Positions 9,261 through 18,853 are shown, counted from the stretch's first letter. The stretch is DNA of 58,178 nucleotides from Candidatus Thorarchaeota archaeon (GCA_963726195.1 CAVSBO010000011.1:1-58178), one strand, 5' to 3'. Program-made: numbers and translations. The notes: generated by a model not told the origin, from the letters alone.

Positions 9261-10481
9261 CTATGTCACCGCTGCAAGTCTCTCGAGAGAGTCTGTCTCC
9301 ATCCCGCTGACCTTCACTAGTAGATTCTGAACGGGCTTGACAAACGTGAGGAATTCGCATACTTCCGACCGTGCATCCTTCAGCAGTTCAGGAACCTTCT
9401 CTACGAGACGTCTTACGTCGTCCAAGGCGCTCAGACCTTTCGTTTCTAACTCATGGTTTGTGGACCATTGTATCTCTCGTAGCTTTCGCAGTGAAGGGAG
9501 ACTGTCGGGAAGCAGTCCGCTAGCAATCTCGCTCCATATATCGGATATCTCGTTGAACTCTTCTGAGGCATTGGTCAGTGTGCTACTGTCCATGAGATCG
9601 CCCGCCTCTCTCAGGAAGTCTGCGTATATGCGTCTGAAGATCGCGCCTCCCGAACCTCCGGTCTCAATGTATATGTAATGCATCATGAGAGCGTGGGCGA
9701 GGTTCTCAGGGTCGGGAATCAACTTCGGATACTTCGGGAGTTCCTTGCTCCATCTGACAATCCCTTTGACTCCCGCGTTCGATATGGGTGGATTGAGAAG
9801 AGCGTCTATGTTCCCTCTAATTGCCCCAGGAATGATTGTTTGCAGTGGTGTCAATTCCTCAGGAAAGCTGAACCTTACCATCTGGTTCATTGCGGGAAAC
9901 GGCTGGAATTCGGAAGCGCGTGCCTTTTGCAGTTTCCTGAGAGACATTGTCGCAGTTCCATCGAATCTATCGGAAATGTAGGCCAAGTCCTTCGGCTCAT
10001 CGATTCCGTATACGAGGACATTGTGTTCACCAAAGTGATCGTTCTCGCCAGTGAGCAAATGATCTAGGTAGGCCATGTCGACACAAACAAGAGCTGGCTG
10101 GTTCTGGTGCAGCGTTTCCTTCAGGAAGACGTGTGCCTTCTTGACACTTTTTGTGAGAATGACTTCGTAATCACCTCCAAGTCGCTGCGTAGCCTTGCCC
10201 AATATACCTGGGAACCGGCGGCAGTCAGCTCTATTCATTCCTCCAATAACCGGATACGGCATCAGTTTCATGAACCAATAGATGAAACCCAGACCTGATG
10301 ATATTCCCACAAGCATAGGTTCGCTGATTTCATAGCCCATATGCCGCATCAACCGGACCATCGCGCTAGTCTGACAATTCCTACCGCCTCCGAAATGCTG
10401 AAAGTCCAGTATTACTCTCTCATTGCCGATTCCATCTGGCTTGAATTGGCTCTCGCTGTTTCGCACAGTCGTGGGACTCAT
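9261..10481 (-). CDS. BtrH N-terminal domain / DUF4872 protein (papain-like Cys peptidase fold)
   Basis: NCQTS, ISEPMLVGISSGLGFIY, VDMAYL, HFGEHNVLVYG, ETGGSGGAIFRRIYADFL. Start uncertain (ORF open to 10547). Confidence 0.75.
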   Translation of the reverse strand: MSPTTVRNSESQFKPDGIGNERVILDFQHFGGGRNCQTSAMVRLMRHMGYEISEPMLVGISSGLGFIYWFMKLMPYPVIGGMNRADCRRFPGILGKATQRLGGDYEVILTKSVKKAHVFLKETLHQNQPALVCVDMAYLDHLLTGENDHFGEHNVLVYGIDEPKDLAYISDRFDGTATMSLRKLQKARASEFQPFPAMNQMVRFSFPEELTPLQTIIPGAIRGNIDALLNPPISNAGVKGIVRWSKELPKYPKLIPDPENLAHALMMHYIYIETGGSGGAIFRRIYADFLREAGDLMDSSTLTNASEEFNEISDIWSEIASGLLPDSLPSLRKLREIQWSTNHELETKGLSALDDVRRLVEKVPELLKDARSEVCEFLTFVKPVQNLLVKVSGMETDSLERLAAVT

Positions 10482-10638
10482 AACAACCACACCGGTTTGT
10501 ATTCTACGACTGGTTGGCGCATCCTTCACGTAATGCGGGCAAGTCACTTATCGCTCATGGTTCAACAGCGGCCTTAAGCATTTCACGGTCCGGTTCTCCC
10601 GCGATTGATAGCCCGAGAAAGGGACGCCCGCGACTCTG

Positions 10639-11292
10639 CTATGTGAACAGCTTGGTTGTCCTCAGGAAGTCCATTGTCGCACACTCTGTCTGTGTTTTCC
10701 AAAGAGCCAGAAGATCGTCAGAGGTATCGATGTCGAGTTCCAGATCAGCCGATTTGAAGTGCACAAATTCGACACCGTTCCTGCCTGCCTCGGCCATGTG
10801 CACGCTAAAACTGGCCGGACCGAAGTGTGCTCTTATCGAATCAGGAGGCCGCCTGAGTAGTGCGTTCGTGCCTTGGTCACGAGACTGAACTGCGACAACA
10901 CATGGGCCATTGTGGTTCTGAGACTTAGAAACCATGGAGTCAATCGTCGAGGATTTCACAAGAGGGACATCTACAGGTATCACAAGCAGTGCGGTTCCTG
11001 GTTTCGTCTTACTGGACCTCTGCGTAATGGCATCGATAGCATCATTGAGTGAGCCACCAAGAGGATCGTTCAGAATGTGTATGTTAGGAAACTCAATCAG
11101 CCGTGCCAAGTTTCTGTCAGGCGTGATGACACTTATGGACTCAATCATTCGCGCCCGACTCAATGCCCCAAGCACATCGCTTAGCATCGCTTCTACAAGA
11201 CCAATGCGTTCTTTCGGTCCCAACAAGGCGGACAACCTGCTCTTGGCCAATGAGAGATTCTTCACAGGTACAACGACGTCTGCAGTCTGCAT
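10639..11292 (-). CDS. cofC: 2-phospho-L-lactate/PEP guanylyltransferase CofC
   Basis: VPVKNLSLAKSRLS, DVPLV, GTNAL, FGPASFSVH and DIDTSDDL motifs. Confidence 0.93.
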   Translation of the reverse strand: MQTADVVVPVKNLSLAKSRLSALLGPKERIGLVEAMLSDVLGALSRARMIESISVITPDRNLARLIEFPNIHILNDPLGGSLNDAIDAITQRSSKTKPGTALLVIPVDVPLVKSSTIDSMVSKSQNHNGPCVVAVQSRDQGTNALLRRPPDSIRAHFGPASFSVHMAEAGRNGVEFVHFKSADLELDIDTSDDLLALWKTQTECATMDFLRTTKLFT

Positions 11293-11294
11293 GA

Positions 11295-12239
11295 CTAACT
11301 CCTGCCAGCACCTGAAGAGATGACCTTGGAGGCGAGATCGACGCGGTCTCTCATCGTGTTCATGATAGTATTAGTAACTGTTGTACGTAATCCCATTGAC
11401 TGAACCTGCTTCTCAATCGCAGAATCCTGTACATCCATGACAAGATGGGTAACTAGGTTGTGATAGTATTTGGCGATCCCTGCCGGACTCACTTCGAAAC
11501 CCATTCCTTTCATGAACTTGTCTGCAGGTCCCTTGAGGGGTCTTCCCCCAACGATTGGACTGACTGCAACTCTCGGACACTTTGCCTCCTGAAGAGCCCT
11601 CCGAATTGCCCTGATGGACAGGATCGGACCGATTGAAGCCACCGGGTTGCTTGGACATATTACTATTAGGTCAGAGCTAGTCAGTGCTTTGACAACTTCT
11701 CCGGGGGGCCGGGCCTTGTCCGAACCCCGATAGACAACATCTTGCACCTGATCTGCCGAGCCCCTCTTGACAAAATACTCCTCGAAATGGATGACTGACC
11801 CATCTTGAATCTTCACGAGGGTCTCGACTTTGTCATCAGTCATCGGGAGTAGGTTGATCCCTTCAATTCCCAAGAGCATGCACAGCTTCTTCGTGACTTC
11901 GGAGAGAGTCAGACTGCTTCTCAAGAACTGTGTTCGGAGAATGTGTGTAGCCAAGTCTCTGTCGCCAACGTTAAACCATCTATCTTGGCTGTATAATCTG
12001 TTCAGTGAATCCAAGCACGTGAAAGTATCATCCTTGATTCCCCAGCCCTTTTCGGTATCGACTAGTCCAGCAAGTGTATACATCAAGATATCAAGGTCGG
12101 GAGATATGTGAAGACCAAAGAGCTCGATGTCGTCTCCGGTATTCCCGATGACTGTCAGTTCACCATGGTCTAGCACTTGCGATAGACCCGACACAAGTTT
12201 GGCTCCTCCGACGCCACCGCTTAGAGCTGTCACCTTCAT
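11295..12239 (-). CDS. cofD: 2-phospho-L-lactate transferase CofD
   Basis: LSGGVGGAK, NTGDD, ISPDLD, GDRDLATH, HFEEY and PSNP motifs. Confidence 0.96.
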   Translation of the reverse strand: MKVTALSGGVGGAKLVSGLSQVLDHGELTVIGNTGDDIELFGLHISPDLDILMYTLAGLVDTEKGWGIKDDTFTCLDSLNRLYSQDRWFNVGDRDLATHILRTQFLRSSLTLSEVTKKLCMLLGIEGINLLPMTDDKVETLVKIQDGSVIHFEEYFVKRGSADQVQDVVYRGSDKARPPGEVVKALTSSDLIVICPSNPVASIGPILSIRAIRRALQEAKCPRVAVSPIVGGRPLKGPADKFMKGMGFEVSPAGIAKYYHNLVTHLVMDVQDSAIEKQVQSMGLRTTVTNTIMNTMRDRVDLASKVISSGAGRS

Positions 12240-12285
12240 AGTTCGAGAGGCCTGTTGGCAGGCTGGCTCTATCAGAATAAAGACC

Positions 12286-12897
12286 TTACACTAGGACCAC
12301 CACGTCATCTAACTTGAGCCGTTCAGGGGTGCTGGGATTCTCCCCCGGATGGCCAATGAGTACAAACGCCTGAGGATCATATCCTAAGGGTAGATTCAAG
12401 GCATTCTGAACCAATGACTTGCAGAAAAGAGGTGCGCACATCCAGCTGCCGCCTAGCCCTCGTGCATGGGCTGCCAAGAGAAGATTCTCAATTGCTGCAG
12501 CGGCACTTTGAATCGCCATCGTATACTCAGCGGATTTCCTCTCGTCGTCAGGGTACTCATGCATGTTTTCCATGGTCAGGCAAACGAGAACAAGCACAGG
12601 CGCCTTCAAGAGACGGGACTCCGACTCCTTGGCCCTAGATGCAATCTCTGCCTCGGCCGCCCCATCTTTTCTCAAATCAGACTGGAAGGCACTTGACATG
12701 GCTTCCACCAGAGTTCTCCTAGTTGATGTGCTTCTCAGAACTACAAAGCGAGTGGGCTGGGAGTTGTGCGCCGAGGGCGCAAGCGTGGCGGCCTCTAGAA
12801 TCTCGCGCAGCACCTTGTCGTCTACTTCAGCCTTAACGAACTTCCTGATTGTTCTTCTGTCCCTTATAGCATCAATGACATCGACATGTCTTCGCAC
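12286..12897 (-). CDS. FMN nitroreductase, FbiB C-terminal/FbiE-like (putative dehydro-F420 reductase)
   Basis: RRTIRKF and APSAHNSQP nitroreductase motifs, plus DLRKDG..EI..R and HEYPD..R..AEYTM segments resembling the FbiB C-terminal domain. Confidence 0.75.
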   Translation of the reverse strand: MRRHVDVIDAIRDRRTIRKFVKAEVDDKVLREILEAATLAPSAHNSQPTRFVVLRSTSTRRTLVEAMSSAFQSDLRKDGAAEAEIASRAKESESRLLKAPVLVLVCLTMENMHEYPDDERKSAEYTMAIQSAAAAIENLLLAAHARGLGGSWMCAPLFCKSLVQNALNLPLGYDPQAFVLIGHPGENPSTPERLKLDDVVVLV

Positions 12898-13032
12898 GCA
12901 GAATCACTCCTTATCCAGAGAATGCTCTCCACAACTTGTACACGCACAGGATGGCTACATGCACAACAAGTTAATAGCATGTTTGGGCCGACTTGCCTCA
13001 AACCCGGTCGACGGACAGACGGAGGAAATCTG

Positions 13033-13446
13033 ATGCCCAGTGTTGTTCGAATCTGCTTTGGTGTAAGCCTGATCGTGATTACTTTTCTCGTGGGCATGAT
13101 TCTGATGGTGGACTCAATCATGTCCGGCTCTTTCGATCTCGGATTGATTCTGTTTTACTCGCTCGGTCTTCCTATGCTAGGCTTTCTCATCGCCATACCG
13201 GTTCTGTGTACGGGCGTCAGGTCAGGCATCGGGGCCGCATCTGTCAGAACTGTCCCGTTCAGGTACTCTCCACCGGCGACTCAAAGCCAGCCTGTCGCTG
13301 AAGCCTCGTACGTCTATGAACCACCGACTGTTTGCCCGGATTGCGGCGGAAAACTCACCAGCTCGAACATCGAGTGGGTGGGGCCTTTGACTGTGAAGTG
13401 CCCCTATTGCGGGTCTTCCGTAGAGGCAGTGAAGCGGCGAGTGTAG
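13033..13446 (+). CDS. Membrane protein with C-terminal zinc ribbon
   Basis: Two TMs followed by CPDCGG...CPYCG. Start re-assigned to the ATG at 13033. Confidence 0.7.
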   Translation: MPSVVRICFGVSLIVITFLVGMILMVDSIMSGSFDLGLILFYSLGLPMLGFLIAIPVLCTGVRSGIGAASVRTVPFRYSPPATQSQPVAEASYVYEPPTVCPDCGGKLTSSNIEWVGPLTVKCPYCGSSVEAVKRRV

Positions 13447-13595
13447 CATACAGGGCAGCGTCGTTCCGAGTTCTTCGCAAGTCCGCTACTTTGGCCCAAC
13501 CCCAAGGGGTGCATTTCCACTCCCATTCATCAAAACGTTTTTAATGCCCCTCCAGTTCTGCGCGCGTCACGCAGCCCAAGGCGAGGAGTGATCCA

Positions 13596-14675
13596 GTGGC
13601 AGAAGATGCCGAAAGGTCAGACGTCGAGCAGGAAGAGGAAGAAGAGATCCCACCCCGCAAAAGCGTCGGCCACGAAGAGAGAACCGAAGCAGTTGAGGAA
13701 TTGCCCAAACGTTCCTATCGTGAGATGATATCGCACCCTGTAGGGCTCGTATTCAATGTGCGAATGTTGCGCCGTGTCGTTCAGATTGTCTTCATCCTCG
13801 GAATAAACGCGTACTTCTTCGCATCTTGGAACGGAGGAGAGCAGTTCATAGCATTCTGGCGGAATATCAGTCTCCTCGTTCCTGCCCTGCCGATAATCGC
13901 ACCTCTTCAAGCCCCCGCTGGCATACTAGCTGGGTCGTTCGATACATTCGAACGGGAACTCGTGAGTGCAATCTTTCCTTTCTTCACACTGGGCACTATG
14001 ATAATCATTCTCACTATCGTGGGAAGGGCGGGATGCGGCTGGGTGTGCCCGATCGGCACTCTGCAGGATTTCGCGACACTTCCTAAGCGCACCAAGATTC
14101 GCCCTGCACCAAGCACGGAGACAGAAATGCGCCGAGTGAAAGCGTACATATTCATCATAGTGATGTTCTTGGCTGTCTGGGTGGGCCTGAGCACGCTCAC
14201 CGGTACGTCAGAAGCCATTGTCGCAGCACTTGGCCCATTCGCAGCAGCGGCATTCGACCCGTTTAGTCCTGCATACATTCTATTTGTCGCCTTGCCTTCA
14301 ATTGTTAGTCGTGGACTTTGGCCTACGGGTCTTGGCAACCTTTGGTATGTTCTGCAATGGGGTTGGTTCCTTCCTCAGCTCGCATTCGTGATTGTGCTTG
14401 TCTTATTCTCTGTCTGGTTCCCGAGGCTGTTCTGCCGATGGCTCTGCCCGGCAGGTTGGGTATACGGAATCTTCTCTAGGGACTCACTCATCGGCATTGG
14501 GAGAAACCCGGCAAAATGCACGCCTGACACATGCAACGTCTGTGAAGTGGTTTGCCCAATGAATATCAAAATCAGACGATTCCCATACCAGCACATGCAC
14601 AGTCCCGACTGCATTATGTGCTTGGAATGCAAGAGCCACTGTCCAAAGAAAGCAATTGTCATTCGATTCTCATGA
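13596..14675 (+). CDS. NapH/MauN-type membrane polyferredoxin (4Fe-4S binding)
   Basis: CGWVCP and FCRWLCP motifs, TM helices, and two C-terminal Fe-S motifs (CxxCxxxCP). Confidence 0.85.
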   Translation: MAEDAERSDVEQEEEEEIPPRKSVGHEERTEAVEELPKRSYREMISHPVGLVFNVRMLRRVVQIVFILGINAYFFASWNGGEQFIAFWRNISLLVPALPIIAPLQAPAGILAGSFDTFERELVSAIFPFFTLGTMIIILTIVGRAGCGWVCPIGTLQDFATLPKRTKIRPAPSTETEMRRVKAYIFIIVMFLAVWVGLSTLTGTSEAIVAALGPFAAAAFDPFSPAYILFVALPSIVSRGLWPTGLGNLWYVLQWGWFLPQLAFVIVLVLFSVWFPRLFCRWLCPAGWVYGIFSRDSLIGIGRNPAKCTPDTCNVCEVVCPMNIKIRRFPYQHMHSPDCIMCLECKSHCPKKAIVIRFS

Positions 14676-15029
14676 GCGTTCTCGGGCAGCATCTTGTGCC
14701 ACGTGTCCGAACTCTTGGTCAGCCTTGGCAAAGAGTTCCATGAATCGAAGACCCAGTGCAGTGACTGTCGCCCCTCCGCCTCCAATGGTGCCGCCCTTAC
14801 GAGTCTCAAGAAGCGCAGCACCTATTCTCTTCTCGATTTTGCGAATGACGCCCCACGCATATCGGTAAGACATGCCGAGCTTCTTTGCTCCCTCTGTAAT
14901 AGTTCCAGTCTCTTGGACTGCTTTCAAGATTGAATATGCGCCGGGACCGAAGACAGGCTTGCCATCAATTTCGAGCCACATCTTCCATCGTACAGAGAGA
15001 GAACGCGTGATTCGACTATCCTGACTCAT
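14670..15029 (-). CDS. ModE N-terminal-type HTH regulator
   Basis: FGPG..ILKAV.ETGTI..GAK.LGMSYRYAW...GGGGATVT. Confidence 0.88.
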   Translation of the reverse strand: MSQDSRITRSLSVRWKMWLEIDGKPVFGPGAYSILKAVQETGTITEGAKKLGMSYRYAWGVIRKIEKRIGAALLETRKGGTIGGGGATVTALGLRFMELFAKADQEFGHVAQDAARERS

Positions 15030-15093
15030 CTGAGACTCCGCGTCCCCTTTTCACACATGGATGTAGATGAGCAACACTTCGTAATGAAGAAGC

Positions 15094-15324
15094 CTACGGA
15101 TGCCCCCAGCGGAGACGTTCTGGCTTGGTATCCTTCTTGAATGCCTTCTTGACTGTCTTGTAGTGGTCAGAACAGAGATAGGTTGTTCGTGTAGACGCGT
15201 CTTTGAGTCTGAGGCCGCTGGTTGCGACGCTTGCTGAAATCCTAGATGTTGCAAACGCTCGCTTCGATGGGTTGTTGCACCCGACCACGCTGCAGGTCTT
15301 TTCGGAATCTTCCAAAATCACCAC
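15094..15324 (-). CDS. Small conserved archaeal zinc-binding hypothetical protein
   Basis: CSVVGC...YLCSDHYK motif. Confidence 0.65.
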   Translation of the reverse strand: MVILEDSEKTCSVVGCNNPSKRAFATSRISASVATSGLRLKDASTRTTYLCSDHYKTVKKAFKKDTKPERLRWGHP

Positions 15325-15366
15325 TTCAACAACATATGCGGATTTGGCACCATTATAACTATGGCG

Positions 15367-16365
15367 CTATCGTTCAAAACTGCGGGGCGTCAGCACCGGG
15401 CCCTTTGAGAAATCGAACAGAACTTGCTCGTCCGGCCCTCGCTTCAGACGCAGCCCGCTGGAATCATCAACCTTACCGATTGCTTCCGAGGTCATACCAT
15501 GCTCGGCGGCAATACGAGCAACCTTTGGGGCGTTCTCGGGAGATGTCGTGAGAAGAAAGCCCAAGGAAATATACATCCTGATCCAATCCTCAAACTCGAC
15601 CAAAGATGGGCAGGCCTGTTCCGCCGCTTTGAGATCGATTGTCCCGCCCTTTCCGGAGTATTCCAGTAGCATGCCAGCAGTGCCAATGAGCCCCGCCACC
15701 GAAACGTCCTTTGAAGCATTTACAATGTGCTGTCGAGCCAGCTCATTCATTGTCGATAGCCTTTGCAGAACAACCTCAGATTCGCGCTCGACGACTGAGT
15801 CCCACCCCAAGCGGTAGCTGGAACCGCGTCTGCCAGTCTTGTCAAACACAAGAACGATCACGTCGCCGGGCTTAGCCCCACCTGCCGACAGGACATCGCG
15901 CTTCCTTGACCTGCCCGTCGCAGACCCGACCACGTATGTGAACTTAGAACGCGGATTAGTGTGACCACGGACGATGGGTATTCTGAACTTCTGCGAACCC
16001 TCGATTAGGCCTTGGAGTAGCAGTTCTCCCACTTGAGGGTCAGAATATGAAATCGCAACCGAGATTGTTGTGGGAATTCCTCCAGCCGCATAGATATCCA
16101 TAGCGTTGGCCAGAACTACGTTGAAGCCTGCGGCACGAGGATGGTTCAGACAGAGCTCTTCGACTATCGAATCGGTAGTTAAGAGCACAACTTCGTCTTT
16201 CTCCACTGCAATAACGGCACAGTCTTCTCCTAGCGAGTGCGGAAGATCCCCGTTGTATGACTCTTCTCTAATCCTCGTGATAATCTTGGGAAGCACATAT
16301 TTCCGAGAGATACCATCGAAGTTGTGCAGAATGCGGACAATCTCATCGAGGGGTTTCAAAGCCAA
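15367..16365 (-). CDS. AIR synthase (PurM-like)-related protein, methanogenesis marker 2/sll0787-like
   Basis: GEDCAVI, ANAMDIYAAGG, GHT, GAKPGD and KDVSVAG motifs. Confidence 0.8.
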   Translation of the reverse strand: MALKPLDEIVRILHNFDGISRKYVLPKIITRIREESYNGDLPHSLGEDCAVIAVEKDEVVLLTTDSIVEELCLNHPRAAGFNVVLANAMDIYAAGGIPTTISVAISYSDPQVGELLLQGLIEGSQKFRIPIVRGHTNPRSKFTYVVGSATGRSRKRDVLSAGGAKPGDVIVLVFDKTGRRGSSYRLGWDSVVERESEVVLQRLSTMNELARQHIVNASKDVSVAGLIGTAGMLLEYSGKGGTIDLKAAEQACPSLVEFEDWIRMYISLGFLLTTSPENAPKVARIAAEHGMTSEAIGKVDDSSGLRLKRGPDEQVLFDFSKGPVLTPRSFER

Positions 16366-16388
16366 TCACTCAGTCGAAATCTGAGAAA

Positions 16389-16514
16389 TCACGGAGGACC
16401 CAGATAGGACAATGCATATGAGATCTGGCCCAACAGAATCCCTATCCCTAGAAGAGACAATCCTACCATGAAATAGATTAGAGCCCTCATTTCTGGACGT
16501 ACTTCGTCTAACAT
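16389..16514 (-). CDS. Unannotated 41-aa single-TM protein (MLDEVRPEMRALIYFMVGLSLLGIGILLGQISYALSYLGPP)
   Basis: ATG at 16514 to TGA at 16389; fills the intergenic gap; TATA-like CTATAA about 45 nt upstream. Confidence 0.55.
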   Translation of the reverse strand: MLDEVRPEMRALIYFMVGLSLLGIGILLGQISYALSYLGPP

Positions 16515-16933
16515 CTCTTCTCGCCTCGGCCGAGAGTGAAAAGCCACAGGTATTCCTTATAGAGGTTGCGGCCGTTCACATAGGGGGTTCTCAGAGTGAG
16601 CCTCTGCCCGCGAAGCTTCTTTGCGAACTTCTCGGGTATCACTTGCTCCTGCTCGGGCTCAAACACTTCCTGAGGTATCTCGTCAATGTCGCTCTCAGGG
16701 CGCTTGACGACCATTCTGCATCGGCCCTCTGCAGTCATCTTGTGTTCGGCACATAGGCCAAATTTGCAGTATGACCCCTCGCATTCGTCCTCAGCCCAAG
16801 TACACTGGACTGTCTTGCGGCCATTCTTCGTGGCAATCTTGACAGCGCTGGGATGTCTGTCACATCGAAATGCTTTGCATAATGCTGAGCAATCAGGAAG
16901 ATTGTCCTGCATAGTTGCCAACTCCATATTCAT
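16508..16933 (-). CDS. Cys-rich (zinc-binding) hypothetical protein; true stop probably ~16590
   Basis: CSALCKAFRC...CTWAEDECEGSYCKFGLC...GRC. The tail probably reads through because of a frameshift. Confidence 0.6.
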   Translation of the reverse strand: MNMELATMQDNLPDCSALCKAFRCDRHPSAVKIATKNGRKTVQCTWAEDECEGSYCKFGLCAEHKMTAEGRCRMVVKRPESDIDEIPQEVFEPEQEQVIPEKFAKKLRGQRLTLRTPYVNGRNLYKEYLWLFTLGRGEKRC

Positions 16934-16945
16934 TTCAATAGTAGT

Positions 16946-17758
16946 TCACTTATGTCGAACAGTACTGAGAATAGACCTCAGTAGTTCCTTGCCTCCTTCT
17001 AGGATTCTAATGGACCGGTCGACTTGGAGCTTGGATTCCTCATACGACCCCGTCGCTATGTCTCCAATCTTGAACCTTGCTTCAAGTCTGTTAGACTCTC
17101 GCTTTAGTTCTCTAGTCTTCTTGTCCAGCTCTGTAAGCCATCCTCGTGATTCATCGGTAGCTTTTTTGAGGCCCACTCTTAACGTCTTGATTTGCAGAGC
17201 TATTCGCTCATGCTCTTCGCGGTAGACATCTGCGTCGATAGAGCGTTTCATCTTCGCGAGCTTCAACAACTTGGACTCTTGAACTGTGAGCTCGTCCAAG
17301 ATTCCTTCTATTGGAAGACTACCTTTGACTCCAATCAACCTTGTGCGCCTGTCCTTGGTCTTCTCAAAGGCCTCTCTCAGGTTCTCTGCCCGCGATGCAA
17401 GCAAGTCTCTGTCAGCATGATCAAGGAGCAATGCCTGCCTCGTTGCTCCTATTTCGCTAATCAGTCGGTCAAGGTCCTCTCCGATAACATGCAGTTCTGC
17501 TTTAGCCAACAGAACGCCAAGCATCTTCAAATCCACACCATCAAGAGAGAAGCCAAAATCGGGCCTGATTTCCTCATCTCCCTGCGGTCCGGTCTCGGAG
17601 ATTCCTTTGTTCGGGCTGGGGCCGAGGTTACGGGGAGGTCTGCTATGACCCCATTCCTGTCCCCGTTCTTCATGAAGCGGTCTCCCGCAGGACTTGCAGA
17701 AACGTCCATCTGCAACCTTCTGACCACAGAAGGGACATTCAACTAGTACCTTTGGCAT
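16946..17758 (-). CDS. Zinc ribbon + long coiled-coil protein (CdvA-like coil)
   Basis: CPFCG...FCKSCG followed by heptad-rich helices containing LEARFKIGDI...YEE. Confidence 0.6.
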   Translation of the reverse strand: MPKVLVECPFCGQKVADGRFCKSCGRPLHEERGQEWGHSRPPRNLGPSPNKGISETGPQGDEEIRPDFGFSLDGVDLKMLGVLLAKAELHVIGEDLDRLISEIGATRQALLLDHADRDLLASRAENLREAFEKTKDRRTRLIGVKGSLPIEGILDELTVQESKLLKLAKMKRSIDADVYREEHERIALQIKTLRVGLKKATDESRGWLTELDKKTRELKRESNRLEARFKIGDIATGSYEESKLQVDRSIRILEGGKELLRSILSTVRHK

Positions 17759-17835
17759 ACAGATTGCGCGCCCCACTTCCAAAAGAGAGTATAATCCGGA
17801 CACAAAATGGCTGCATCTGCCACCCCACTCATAGT

Positions 17836-18153
17836 TTACTTGAGGCTTGCTAGTCTACCTGCCGCCTTGTCGAGCTTTTCCTTGGACGTGACTATGCTGT
17901 CAGCGCCGTAGTCAGGCAGCACTTTCAGCTCCTCAATCAAGAGAGCAATCGCTTTGCCAGGGTTGATTTCCTTCTTCTCAATCGATCCGTCCGGAAATGT
18001 GATTGATGCCTCAATCCACGATTCCTTCTTTTCGTCTGCAGGAAACAGGCAGTAGACGTAGTCATCGTTACTGCAGATGAAAGACGGCGTGTTTTCCCAT
18101 GCTCGAGCGAGAAGTGCACCGAACGTCCTCGCGTTCTCTGCTTTGCCGGGCAT
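17836..18153 (-). CDS. Hypothetical protein
   Basis: 105-aa ORF with a GAGGAAG upstream element, co-oriented with its neighbours. Confidence 0.6.
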   Translation of the reverse strand: MPGKAENARTFGALLARAWENTPSFICSNDDYVYCLFPADEKKESWIEASITFPDGSIEKKEINPGKAIALLIEELKVLPDYGADSIVTSKEKLDKAAGRLASLK

Positions 18154-18267
18154 CAGGTATCTTCCTCGTTACTTGCTGAAATTGAACGGCAGCACACAGA
18201 AGCACCTTATTTGTTTTGCTAGTGCCATCCACGGTACGACCCCCTTTACCGCTTTGTTCGAAGTCAC

Positions 18268-18834
18268 CTAGGGGCGGTGCCACTGGAAACTGTAGTAAGC
18301 TATCTCGCCGTTTTCCTTGACCGTCGCAACGATGAACTTCTTCTTCACGCTGGTTGCAAGTCGCCCCGCACGAACGATGTCAAGCGGCATCACACCTTTC
18401 TTCTGAGGAATCACGTGAATTAAGAAAGGGGCATGATCTATGCCCGGACCGTGTTCATAGACAGCGAAGTCGGTCCCGAATTTCAGGCCCGGACGTACCA
18501 CGAAGCCGAGTTCTCTCAGCTGCGAATACACCAAAAGCCTGTCATGGAACTCATCAGACTTTGCAGTTCCCAAGGAAAGCAGGTCAGTTTCGGTCAGGAC
18601 ATGCCCATCGCTCGGATCGCACACTACAAGCTTCCCGGTTCCTGTAAGGTATGCGCATTCAATCAAAGACAACTCCAAAGGCTTGTCAAATGCGGCAGAC
18701 TTGGGCTTCTTTATGCCTACCGGCTGACCGAAGTAGCCCCCACTGTAAAGGCGCATGCCATGCTGAGGGTTCCAAACTATGGCCCTGTCGTTGACTAGTT
18801 CTGCGATAGCGGGTTCATCGAGCTCTTGTGACAA
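18268..18834 (-). CDS. endA: tRNA-splicing endonuclease catalytic subunit
   Basis: LSLIE, GLKFGTDFAVY, DHAPF and RLATSVKK (Tyr/His/Lys triad); GQPVGIKKPK loop. Confidence 0.93.
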   Translation of the reverse strand: MSQELDEPAIAELVNDRAIVWNPQHGMRLYSGGYFGQPVGIKKPKSAAFDKPLELSLIECAYLTGTGKLVVCDPSDGHVLTETDLLSLGTAKSDEFHDRLLVYSQLRELGFVVRPGLKFGTDFAVYEHGPGIDHAPFLIHVIPQKKGVMPLDIVRAGRLATSVKKKFIVATVKENGEIAYYSFQWHRP

Positions 18835-18853
18835 TCGCCGGCACCATCAAAGA

